64,000 nucleotides of DNA, from NCBI GenBank assembly GCA_035634295.1, contig DASQDG010000038.1, positions 17,209 through 81,208 on the forward strand, given 5' to 3'. Under the pieces are notes generated by a model. That model saw only the letters and a list, made by a program, of their open reading frames with translations, did not search any database and was not told the origin of the DNA. Position 1 is the first letter of the stretch; every line of letters begins with the position of its first letter. Source of the stretch: Propionibacteriaceae bacterium. Its GTDB lineage: Bacteria > Actinomycetota > Actinomycetes > Propionibacteriales > Propionibacteriaceae. The position numbers and the translations under genes were made by a program. Below, piece after piece: positions 9,901 through 17,702 of this stretch.

Positions 9901-10594
9901 AGAGCTGGCTGATGATCGGCTGGTCCTCGTAGGCCACCCCTTCGCGAAAGGTCAGCCCCTGGGCGCGCCAGAACGAGCGTCGGTAGAGCTTGCCCCAGGT
10001 GTAGTTGTTGCGCAGCAGCCGCGGGAAGTCCTCCAGGGTGATGCCCAGCCGGGTCTTGGCGTGCAGCTCGTGCACCCACTCCGGCGTCCAGCGGCGGCTG
10101 CCGGTGAAGCGGACCGCGGCGCCGGCCACGATGTCGGCACCGCTACGGCGAGCCGAGCGCACCATCGGGCCGATGGCACCGAGCGGCAGGGAGTCGTCGG
10201 AGTCGACGAACATTAGGAACGTGCCGCGGGCGTGCTGGACTCCGGTGTTGCGGGCGGCGCCCAGGCCACCGTTGGGGCGCCGCACGATCTTGACTCGGGA
10301 GTCCTTGGCGGCGTAGCGCCTGGCGATCGCGTAGGACCTGTCCGGCGACCCGTCGTCGACGATGATCAGCTCGAAGTTCCGGAATCCCTGCGACAAGATG
10401 CTGTCCAGACACTCCGCCAGATAGGCCTCGACGTTGTAGATGGGCACGATGACGCTGACCGCAGGTCGAGGCTGGCGGGGCTTGGGCGGCCGGGCGGCCG
10501 GCTGCGGTCGGCGCAAGCCTGGCAGCCGACGCAGCTGGCGGCGTACGGGAAGGGGCAGACGTCGACCGAGGGAGCGGACAATACTTCTTCTCAT
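6920..10594 (-). CDS. Bifunctional GT2 glycosyltransferase / TagF-like polyol-phosphate polymerase
   Basis: N-terminal GT2 (VSVIVPIYNVEAYL, IVDDGSPD, FLMFVDSDD); C-terminal TagF-like (QTFHGYPFK, GYPRND, LYAPTYRD, VRGHAF, VDYSSLRFDF). Start could be 10645. Confidence 0.88.
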   Translation of the reverse strand: MRRSIVRSLGRRLPLPVRRQLRRLPGLRRPQPAARPPKPRQPRPAVSVIVPIYNVEAYLAECLDSILSQGFRNFELIIVDDGSPDRSYAIARRYAAKDSRVKIVRRPNGGLGAARNTGVQHARGTFLMFVDSDDSLPLGAIGPMVRSARRSGADIVAGAAVRFTGSRRWTPEWVHELHAKTRLGITLEDFPRLLRNNYTWGKLYRRSFWRAQGLTFREGVAYEDQPIISQLYARARKIDVLARVVYEYRARADGSSISQQTSTVSDVRDRVAAWRVSHEALQDTVSVEIYDAWLQTLFDAHFHWYLNSPSTTSHDYWCELQSAVSDLAGAASQQVWDRTMPMRRVMIALACANRQLEAREFIARNGHRLHQWPATVAPEGLYLQLPYFDDPEIGLDKQLFLLRPDQLELSHSVQGLEWTHDARLRVSGWAYLRYLNLAEAPAGTTNQVTVLARHRRTGRSFEFANQHLPVPIFPAPNDDPWATYEGGQFAVDVPFAELCDEVGASIGDVWDLDLRVDVAGFSVTAPITRVNQRGSAAALEHSRRPDGTHLVLLWQWRRPLRLRLDEAGVELVQATIQDRQLIGVLHGDLRHVVGFEATNSSARLVARTSLEPTENASAPVSLALPPLPEGLLDSPAATRRWRVRALVSGTAENGKTTTTRVPVAWRGDSGPVELPGQVIALERTRFGRVTVTERRGAVVATELSTNAHGDLEIRGHFAGMVAAPFRIALVHPTRRSDWVLPEVDGSRFHATVPIARTEGRFGTLPLRSGEYRVLADVPGLPGPVEESAPFPVLMSAELLLRVPVSVGSELVNARVVRGGAGGNLQLSLTRPLGAEATGRYRQNLLRGRPRADARATHRGVLLQSYFGESATDNGVGLQAELARRGCDLPVYWAIRDHSVPVPEGGIGVVKDSAEWYRLLSSVTYYMDNMYQPDYHVKPAGQVLMQTFHGYPFKTMGYPNWIRAGFSTQRIDSYARRSAEWDYLISPAPYATPLLTRDFRYSGEVLEIGYPRNDVLSSPHADELRRRVRDAFGIKPDQTVVLYAPTYRDYLSPDDHRAEMVDFLDLDTVTAALGDDYVVLVRGHAFNARVNRRIRPRPGVIDVTDYPEVSDLYLAADAALVDYSSLRFDFGVTGKPMIFHVPDLQRYVETRGWLFDFEPTAPGPFVNTTDEIIEALSQLDQVRAEYAEQYRRFRSDYLPLEDGRAAERLVDAVFVPRGDAPASEW

Positions 10595-10767
10595 CTCGAA
10601 CCTCGACGCACGTCTGGTCGCTGTGCCGGGCGGCGGCAGCATCACGGGAGTTTACCGTCCCCGCCTGTCCAGCTCACCCTGCGCCGCGCGCCGTGGTCGC
10701 GCGAGCCGTTTCTGCTCTAATGGGCTAGGTCACCTCAGCCCGCATACCTCGACTGGAGTTCCCCGCC

Positions 10768-11667
10768 GTGTCTGACGCGAAGCCCGTACGCACGATGAAC
10801 GACATCCCGGGGTGGTTCACCTGGACAGACCAGCAGCTTTTCCGCTATTTCCTGCACAACGCGGCTCCCGAACTCCCAGGCGACCTCGTCGAGCTGGGAA
10901 CCTATATGGGCAAGAGTGCGGTCCTGATCGGAGAATATCGGCGCCCCGACGAGCGGTTTGTGGTGTGCGACCTCTTCAACGACGAGTCCGACCTCGCCAA
11001 CAACATCGAGAACACCCGGTCATACCGGTCACTGACCCGGGAGGCGTTCGAGGCCAACTACCAGGCCGTGCGCGGGGAGCTGCCCGAGGTCGTGCAAGGA
11101 CTGTCCTCGACCATCACCGAGCACGTGGCACCGGCCAGCGTCCGCTTTATGCACGTCGACGCCTCACACCTTTATGAGCACGTGGTGATCGATATCGCCT
11201 CGGCCACCTCGCTGCTGACCAGTGACGGCATCGTGGTCTTCGACGACATCCAGAGCCGGCACACGCCAGGCGTTGCCGCGGCGGTCTGGTCGGCGGTGGT
11301 GGACGGGCGGTTGAAGCCCATCTGCATGACTCCGTCCAAGCTCTACGCGACGCTGGGCGACCCGACCCCGATCCGCTCGGGGTTCCAGGACTGGCTGATC
11401 AAGTTTGGCCGGCTGATGTGGGAAACCCAGGAGATCGCCGGCCTGGAGATCATCCGGCTGTGGCCACCGCCACCGGCCAAGCCGGCGGCGCCGGCGGCCA
11501 ATCCCGACTTCGAGGACGCGCTGCGTCGGATCAACCGGCGGCTGACCAGGATCGAGCAGCAGTTGACCCAGACCAACCGTCAACTCGAGCAGAGCTTCGG
11601 CCGGCGGGTGCAGAGGTCGGTGATTCGACGGGTGAAGAAGCTCCGGACGGCTACTCCGCAGGCGTGA
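10768..11667 (+). CDS. Class I SAM-dependent methyltransferase (Methyltransf_24-like) with C-terminal coiled coil and basic tail
   Basis: GDLVELGTYMGKSA, FMHVDASHLYEHV, GIVVFDD; heptad repeat LRRINRRLTRIEQQLTQTNRQLEQ near the C-terminus. Confidence 0.8.
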   Translation: MSDAKPVRTMNDIPGWFTWTDQQLFRYFLHNAAPELPGDLVELGTYMGKSAVLIGEYRRPDERFVVCDLFNDESDLANNIENTRSYRSLTREAFEANYQAVRGELPEVVQGLSSTITEHVAPASVRFMHVDASHLYEHVVIDIASATSLLTSDGIVVFDDIQSRHTPGVAAAVWSAVVDGRLKPICMTPSKLYATLGDPTPIRSGFQDWLIKFGRLMWETQEIAGLEIIRLWPPPPAKPAAPAANPDFEDALRRINRRLTRIEQQLTQTNRQLEQSFGRRVQRSVIRRVKKLRTATPQA

Positions 11668-13525
11668 CCACCGAGACCCGTCGGAGCCGGTCCACGTCGA
11701 AGCTCACCTTGGTGTGGACCGTTCTACCGGCGTAGCTGATGCCGATGGCATAGCGGCCGGGCGCCAGGCCGACGGTCGCCTCGATCCGGACGCCGTCCGA
11801 GTCGCCCAGCAGCCGGGCGTCGTGGCGTCGCTGTTGGCCGGTGAGGTCGGTCAGCACCAGGGCACACGGGATGGACGTGGTCCCGGTGGCCTTGACTGAG
11901 CGCAGCCCTACGGTCACCCGCTGATGCCGGACGCCGGCGCGAACCGTGGTCACGTCGGTCGCGGCCACCGTACGGGCCCTGGCGGTATCCAGGAAGTCAG
12001 GCACGTCTTGGCCCTTGACCAGGGTCAACACGCCGTCGTCGCCGGGACCCACCCAGGTAACGACGCCGTTCACCAGCCGCACCACCGGCTTGGCCTCGCT
12101 GACCAGGGCCTTGCGGTGGAAATAGCCGAGGACTTCTGACCGGCAGGCGAACTGCCAGCTGCCGTCCTTGATCGGCCGACCCATGATGGCGTCGGCCAGG
12201 TCAAGGGCGACGTCTGCGGCCACGCTGACGGTCGCCAGGTCCTCGTCGCCACCGATCCGGACCCGGCTGGTGGTCTGGGGCAGCGGGAAGGGCGCCATGT
12301 CGGTGCTCTCACGTAGCGCCAGCACTGACTCCGCTTGTTCGATGTGGTCGGTGACGTCGACCAGCTCGGGCGGCAGAGCCTGCAGCAGCGACGGCTCGAG
12401 GTCGCGCAGCAGCCGGTCGCCCACCCGGCGGAACTTCAGGTCTCCGTCGCCACTGAGCCGCCACGTGGTGGTGCAGGACAGGTGCAACCTGCCGTCTGAG
12501 GCCCACGACGCCTCGACCGGCGTCGTACGGGCCCACACTCGCTGGTCGGCCTCGGCCAGCCGCCACAGCAGCGCGTCCTGATCATCGCGCAGCAGGTATG
12601 AGCGAGCCAGAGCGACCGGCGACAGCCCGGCGTCGACCTCCAGCGGGGCGTGCTTCGCCACGAACGGCCGCATCCGCTCGCGGGAGCGTTCCACCAGCTC
12701 TCGGCTGAGGTTGAGCGAGCGTGGCCCCACCCAGGTCAACAGCACCCGGGCGACGTACTCGATCTGCTGCATCTTGAGCAGATCGGCCGGTGCAAGCACC
12801 CGGGCGAACTCGTCGAACACGTCGATCATGACGGGCCAGTAGATGTCCAGGTCCCACTGCCGGGGGTTGCCGACGTAGGACTGGGAGTTGTTACTGCCGG
12901 TTTCGGTATGCCATTTGTAGAAAGGCACCGAGGACAGCATGCCGATCCGCTTGGCCTGGGCGTAGGCGGCGACGTTGAACAACCGGTCCTCCCAGTGCAC
13001 CCGCTGGCCTTCCCGGAAGCGGATGCCGCAGCTGCGCAGGAACTCCGTTCGGTAGAGCTTGTGCGGCATCATCGGAATCAGCAATCCGGGGTCCTTGGGC
13101 TGCTGGGGAGCGATGTCGGCGTTGTACTCCACCCAGCTCCAGTTGTCGGCGGTCCAGGTCACCTCCTTGGCGTTCAAGATGTCCAGCTGGGCCGCGGCGG
13201 CGAAGTCGTAGGCAGCCGACAGGGCCTCTGGGTAAAGCTCGTCGTCGTGGTCCATGAACAGCACGTACTCACCGCGTGCCAACTGGACGCCGGTGTTTCG
13301 CGGCCGGCTGGGCCAGCCCGAGCGCGAGATCTCGTGGACCGCAAAGTTGGGCCGGGTGCGGGCGATCTCGTGCAGCCGCTGCGGGGTGTCGTCGCCAGAC
13401 TCGTCGTCGATGAAGAGCACCTCGAACTCGTCGGCGGCCAGAGTCTGCTCATCGAGTGAGCGCACCACCCGATCCAGCCCGTCGCCGGAGCGGTACGTGG
13501 GCACGATCACGGTCACCTTAACCAC
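11651..13525 (-). CDS. GT2 family glycosyltransferase with long C-terminal accessory domain
   Basis: VKVTVIVPTYRS, FIDDESGD, SGWPSRPRN, YVLFMDHDDEL (DxD), WEDRLFN. Start moved to GTG 13525. Confidence 0.85.
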   Translation of the reverse strand: MVKVTVIVPTYRSGDGLDRVVRSLDEQTLAADEFEVLFIDDESGDDTPQRLHEIARTRPNFAVHEISRSGWPSRPRNTGVQLARGEYVLFMDHDDELYPEALSAAYDFAAAAQLDILNAKEVTWTADNWSWVEYNADIAPQQPKDPGLLIPMMPHKLYRTEFLRSCGIRFREGQRVHWEDRLFNVAAYAQAKRIGMLSSVPFYKWHTETGSNNSQSYVGNPRQWDLDIYWPVMIDVFDEFARVLAPADLLKMQQIEYVARVLLTWVGPRSLNLSRELVERSRERMRPFVAKHAPLEVDAGLSPVALARSYLLRDDQDALLWRLAEADQRVWARTTPVEASWASDGRLHLSCTTTWRLSGDGDLKFRRVGDRLLRDLEPSLLQALPPELVDVTDHIEQAESVLALRESTDMAPFPLPQTTSRVRIGGDEDLATVSVAADVALDLADAIMGRPIKDGSWQFACRSEVLGYFHRKALVSEAKPVVRLVNGVVTWVGPGDDGVLTLVKGQDVPDFLDTARARTVAATDVTTVRAGVRHQRVTVGLRSVKATGTTSIPCALVLTDLTGQQRRHDARLLGDSDGVRIEATVGLAPGRYAIGISYAGRTVHTKVSFDVDRLRRVSVVTPAE

Positions 13526-13703
13526 CCAAAAACGGTACCAACCGCGGTGCTGCCGGCTTGGCCGCCAATGACTGCGCCGGCCAGCACCGGGCGGCTCAGA
13601 CTCCGAGCCGCAGACGGCACTGGACCAGCCGTTAGAGTGTGCCGCAATGCCCACTCGGGACTGCGCCGAAGCAGGCCGGCCCGGGGTCACCTCAGGAGGA
13701 CCA

Positions 13704-15317
13704 GTGGTCGACGTCAGTGTCCTGGTGAACACTCATAACTCGAGGGAGGCCCTCGGCGGACTGTTTGACTCCCTCGATCGGCAGTCGCTGGCCGTGAGCG
13801 CATTCGAGGTGGTCGCGGTCGACCAAGGCTCCACCGACGGCACCCTCGAGCTGCTCACCAAGCTGGCGTCTCACCGGCCCAACGTGGCCGTCATCACCGC
13901 TGATGACGTCGCTGCCGGCCGGTTCGGGTCGGAGCAGGTCGCCGGCGACTACGTGCTGAACGTCGAGCCGCAGATGCGGCTGTTTCCCGAAGCCCTCCAG
14001 CGACTCAGCCACTGGGCCCGCACGCACGACCTGGACGGGGTTGCGGGACGGGTGGCCACCGGCGCGGAGGCGATCCCGGACCTCCTCCTGACGGACTCCC
14101 CCGCGCTGGACCGCGGGGCGCTCCCCGAGCTCCTCGACGCCGCGGTGGTGCTGGTGCGCAGAACGGCGCTGGCCGCCGAGACCGGCGAGGGGTTGGCGAG
14201 GGTGGGAGTGCTCGGCAGCTATCCGGTGCTCACCCGGCCGCGCCCCGAGGCTGGCGAGCCGGTGGCCGCGCTGGTGCAGGAGCGGGTGTCTGCCAGATGG
14301 CAGGACGGCCGGCTCCTCCTAGAGGTCGCGGGCACGGTGTCCACGAGCCTCGGCGCCAAGGGCGAGGGCGAGGGCGAGCCGAGCGTGGCGGCCCTGATCC
14401 GTTCTGCGACCTCCGGCGTGTCGTACGTCGTTCCCGCACACAGCGAGCTCACCGAGGCCGCCGAAGGGCGGTCGTGGACAGCCACCCTCGAGCTGGACGT
14501 TGCCACCGCCGCCCTGGGCCAGCCGCTGCCGCACGACACCTGGGAGCTCGACCTGCAGCTGACTGGGCCCGGCGTGGCGCGTCACCGACGGCTGACCGTC
14601 GGCGCTGCATCCTGCCCGCCGGCTCTGCTGCCGACCGGTCCGGTGGTGGTGGCCAGCGTCGACGGCCGGTTGCAGGTCGACGTCGGTCCGACGCGGCACC
14701 CGTTGATCTCCAACGCCGATCCGGCCTGGGGCACCATCACCGAGAGCGCCGCCGGAACGCTGCTGGTGATGCAGCTCCCCGAGCTGTACGTCGTTTCGGG
14801 TGCCGGTGAGCTCGAAGGACACGTGGCGCTGGGCAGCTTTCGCCTGCGCGCCTGGGTCAGTAACGACGGGCAACGCGCGTGGCTGACGACGTACCTGAGC
14901 GGGCTCGCGGGGGTGACGCCGGTGAACGCGATGTTCGGCGACTGCCCGGCCAAGCCGACCGGGCTGGAACTGACCATCTCCGGCGTCGGGGCCATGAGTC
15001 TGGCCCGGCCGACGCCGGCCAAGCCCGCACCCCCGGCCAAGCCCGCTCCCCCGGCCAAGCCCGCGACCAAGAAACCGGCGAGCGGCAAGCCGCCGGGCAA
15101 GAACCCGACGAGCGGTCAGCCCGCGAGCGGAAAGCCGAAGAGTCAGCCGTCGTCGGCGAAGAGGCCCGGAAGCAAGAAGAAGCCACCGGCCAAGAAGCCC
15201 ACGGGTCCGGTGGCGCAGATCCGCCGGGCGATCCCTGCCCCGCTGGAACCGGCCATCCGACGACTCGCGGCGGTGCCGGCCGCCCGGAACTGGTATCGCC
15301 GGCTGACCAAGCTGTGA
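13704..15317 (+). CDS. Degenerate GT2-like protein lacking DxD, with Pro/Ala/Lys-rich C-terminal tail
   Basis: AGGAGG RBS before GTG 13704. N-terminus aligns by eye to the neighbouring GT2 (VSVLVNTHNS, VAVDQGSTDG), but the DxD region reads YVLNVEPQMRLFPEAL. Confidence 0.7.
   Translation: MVDVSVLVNTHNSREALGGLFDSLDRQSLAVSAFEVVAVDQGSTDGTLELLTKLASHRPNVAVITADDVAAGRFGSEQVAGDYVLNVEPQMRLFPEALQRLSHWARTHDLDGVAGRVATGAEAIPDLLLTDSPALDRGALPELLDAAVVLVRRTALAAETGEGLARVGVLGSYPVLTRPRPEAGEPVAALVQERVSARWQDGRLLLEVAGTVSTSLGAKGEGEGEPSVAALIRSATSGVSYVVPAHSELTEAAEGRSWTATLELDVATAALGQPLPHDTWELDLQLTGPGVARHRRLTVGAASCPPALLPTGPVVVASVDGRLQVDVGPTRHPLISNADPAWGTITESAAGTLLVMQLPELYVVSGAGELEGHVALGSFRLRAWVSNDGQRAWLTTYLSGLAGVTPVNAMFGDCPAKPTGLELTISGVGAMSLARPTPAKPAPPAKPAPPAKPATKKPASGKPPGKNPTSGQPASGKPKSQPSSAKRPGSKKKPPAKKPTGPVAQIRRAIPAPLEPAIRRLAAVPAARNWYRRLTKL
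15015..15064 (+). repeat. 18-bp coding tandem repeat (PAKPAP x3)
   Basis: ccggccaagcccgc at 15015, 15033 and 15051. Confidence 0.9.
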
Positions 15318-15323
15318 GGACTG

Positions 15324-15396
15324 CCGCTTCGAGCCCCGCCCGCTACGTCGAGCCCGCTGCGGCTAGGTCGAAGTGGGAGAGCGGGGCTCGAAGCGG
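15324..15396. repeat. REP-like palindromic element, family 2, copy A
   Basis: 16-bp perfect inverted repeat ccgcttcgagccccgc (15324-15339) / gcggggctcgaagcgg (15381-15396) between convergent genes; similar element at 57233-57295. Confidence 0.85.
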
Positions 15397-15409
15397 ACCA
15401 CGGCTGCGG

Positions 15410-16171
15410 CTAGGACTGAGTAAGCGGCGACCGGACGAAGCCGGCGCCCAGGCTCTGGGTCACCACGTCGTCCAGACGACGACGCAGCTCGTCCGGGCTC
15501 TGGTCGGGGTCAGACAGCACCGACCACAGAGGGGACTCCAGCACCCGCTCGGGCAACAGTGTGGTGGTGCGTTCGAGCAGGTCGGTCGGCACGGGCTGCG
15601 GGTCGGGATGGCGGAACTCGGCCATGATCTCGTCGTAGCTGTCGATCAGCACTGAGTTGTCCGGGTCCAGCCCCATCACCAGCAGCAGGCCCGTGGGCCG
15701 GGTGCGGACCGGGAGCACGATCAGCTCAGGTCGGTAGCGTTCCAGCACGGCCAGCACCGGATAGACGTCACCCGTCCACGCAAACGTATGCCGTTCACGG
15801 GCGGCCTCGTCGATCGAGCGCGGCAGCACGTCATCGAAGACGATCACGCCACGAGGCGAACTGTGCCGCTCGGTGTTGATGAAGTCGCGCAGCGCGAACT
15901 CGAAGAGGTGCAGGCCGTCGATGAAGGCCAGATCGAAGGGCTTGCCGCCGGTCGGTGCCAAGGGGTCGGGCCGGTTGAAGTACTCGTCGCTGGTGGTCCG
16001 GAACAAGGTGACCTGGTTGTTCAGCTCGGCCTGGATGGAAAATGCCGGGTCGATGCCCACCGCAGGGCATTTCGCGAGCGCCATGCTGATGCCCCGCTCG
16101 ACCCCGATTTCGAGGTAGTGCCGGGGCTGAAGCTGCTCGTGGATGCTGGTCAGGAACTCCCGGTAGAACAT
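15410..16171 (-). CDS. Class I SAM-dependent methyltransferase (Methyltransf_24-like)
   Basis: YLEIGVERG, DLAFIDGLHLFE, GVIVFDDVLP. Confidence 0.85.
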   Translation of the reverse strand: MFYREFLTSIHEQLQPRHYLEIGVERGISMALAKCPAVGIDPAFSIQAELNNQVTLFRTTSDEYFNRPDPLAPTGGKPFDLAFIDGLHLFEFALRDFINTERHSSPRGVIVFDDVLPRSIDEAARERHTFAWTGDVYPVLAVLERYRPELIVLPVRTRPTGLLLVMGLDPDNSVLIDSYDEIMAEFRHPDPQPVPTDLLERTTTLLPERVLESPLWSVLSDPDQSPDELRRRLDDVVTQSLGAGFVRSPLTQS

Positions 16172-16250
16172 GACTTCACCCTAACGGCCCACCCGCTGCG
16201 CCGGGTGACAGGCGGCTGGCTGGGCTGCGGGTGTCCGCTACAGTCGCCGG

Positions 16251-17660
16251 GTGGCCAAGTTGCGCAACGTCGCCGTGGTGCTCGCGGGCGGCACCGGCAC
16301 CCGGGTGGGCCTCAGCATCCCCAAGCAGCTGATCAAGATCGCCGGCAAGCCGATCATCGAGCACACCATCGCCGCGATGCAGCAGTCACCGGTGATCGAC
16401 GAGATCCTGGTGATGATGGCGCCGGGCTACCTGGACGAGATCCGGGCGATCGTCCGCGGCGGCGCCTACGACAAGGTCACCCAGATCCTCGAGGGCGCCG
16501 GCACCCGGAACGACACCACGTCCGCCGCGCTGGCCGCACTCGGCGGCGAAGACTGCAACGTGTTGCTGCACGACGCGGTCCGGCCGCTGGTCAGCCAGAC
16601 GATCATCGCCGCGAACGTCGCCGCGCTGGAATCGCACGAGGCGGTGGACACCGCCATCGCGTCGGCCGACACGGTGATCAAGGTGACCGCTGAGACCGGC
16701 CTGATGGCCGACGTGCTGCCCCGACACCTGCTGCGACGCGGTCAGACGCCCCAGTCGTTTCGGCTGTCCACCATTCGAGCGGCCTACGCTAAGGCAGCAA
16801 CGGACCCCAACTTCACCGCCACCGACGACTGCACGGTCGTGCTGCGCTACCTGCCCGACGTTCCCATCGCGGTCGTGCCGGGCCACGAGCGCAACATGAA
16901 GGTCACCGAGCCGATCGACGTCTACATCGCCGACAAGCTCTTCCAGCTGACGTCGGCAGACACGCCGGCGGCGCTGTCCGACAACGAATACCGCGCCCGG
17001 CTGACCGGCAAGACGCTGGTGGTTTTCGGCGGTTCGTACGGCATCGGTGGTGACATCGTCGAGCTGGCCCGGACCTACGGCGCCACCGTGCGCACCTTCT
17101 CCCGGTCCTCGACCGGCACCCACGTGGAGCGGCGCGAGGACGTGGTGGCAGCGGCCCGGGCGGTGTTGAACGAGACCGGCCAGATCGACTTCGTGGTGAA
17201 CACCGCAGGCGTGCTGCCGCGGGGCAAGCTGGCCGAGACCAGCGAGGAGACCATCTTCCAGGCCACGGACGTCAACTATCTGGCCCCGATCATCATCGCG
17301 CAGGAGTTCTTCCCCCATTTGAGCCAGACCCGCGGCTCGCTGCTGCTCTTCACCTCGTCGTCCTACACCCGAGGACGGTCCGGCTACTCGCTCTACTCCT
17401 CGGCCAAGGCGGCGGTGGTCAACCTGACGCAGGCGCTCGCCGACGAGTGGGGCCACGCGCACGTCCGGGTCAACTGCATCAACCCCGAACGGACCGCAAC
17501 CCCGATGCGCACCCGTGCCTTCGGCGCGGAGCCGGCCGGCACCTTGCTGACCTCAGAAGAGGTGGCCCGGCAGTCCCTGGACGTGTTGCTGTCCGGCCAG
17601 ACCGGGCACGTGATCGACATTCGTCGCGCAGAAGGACCCGCCGCGCTGGCCGGTGGTTAG
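16251..17660 (+). CDS. Bifunctional IspD/TarI-type cytidylyltransferase + SDR reductase (Bcs1-like CDP-ribitol synthase)
   Basis: N-terminal VLAGGTGTRVG..PKQL, LLHDAVRP, GQTPQSF, NMKVTEPID; C-terminal SDR VVFGGSYGIG, NTAG, YSSAK. TACAGT -10 box 6 nt before GTG. Confidence 0.85.
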   Translation: MAKLRNVAVVLAGGTGTRVGLSIPKQLIKIAGKPIIEHTIAAMQQSPVIDEILVMMAPGYLDEIRAIVRGGAYDKVTQILEGAGTRNDTTSAALAALGGEDCNVLLHDAVRPLVSQTIIAANVAALESHEAVDTAIASADTVIKVTAETGLMADVLPRHLLRRGQTPQSFRLSTIRAAYAKAATDPNFTATDDCTVVLRYLPDVPIAVVPGHERNMKVTEPIDVYIADKLFQLTSADTPAALSDNEYRARLTGKTLVVFGGSYGIGGDIVELARTYGATVRTFSRSSTGTHVERREDVVAAARAVLNETGQIDFVVNTAGVLPRGKLAETSEETIFQATDVNYLAPIIIAQEFFPHLSQTRGSLLLFTSSSYTRGRSGYSLYSSAKAAVVNLTQALADEWGHAHVRVNCINPERTATPMRTRAFGAEPAGTLLTSEEVARQSLDVLLSGQTGHVIDIRRAEGPAALAGG

Positions 17661-17702
17661 GCCGGCGCGGCGGGTCCCCCTATTTCAGGACCGCGTGCCC
17701 TT

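Noticed and set aside
7538-10216. 892-aa plus-strand ORF and similar long ORFs (712-2079, 38892-40298, 40854-42161, 48057-49844, 52710-54755, 55937-57316)
   Set aside because: Antisense or off-frame shadows of well-supported genes, expected in high-GC DNA; no recognisable motifs.
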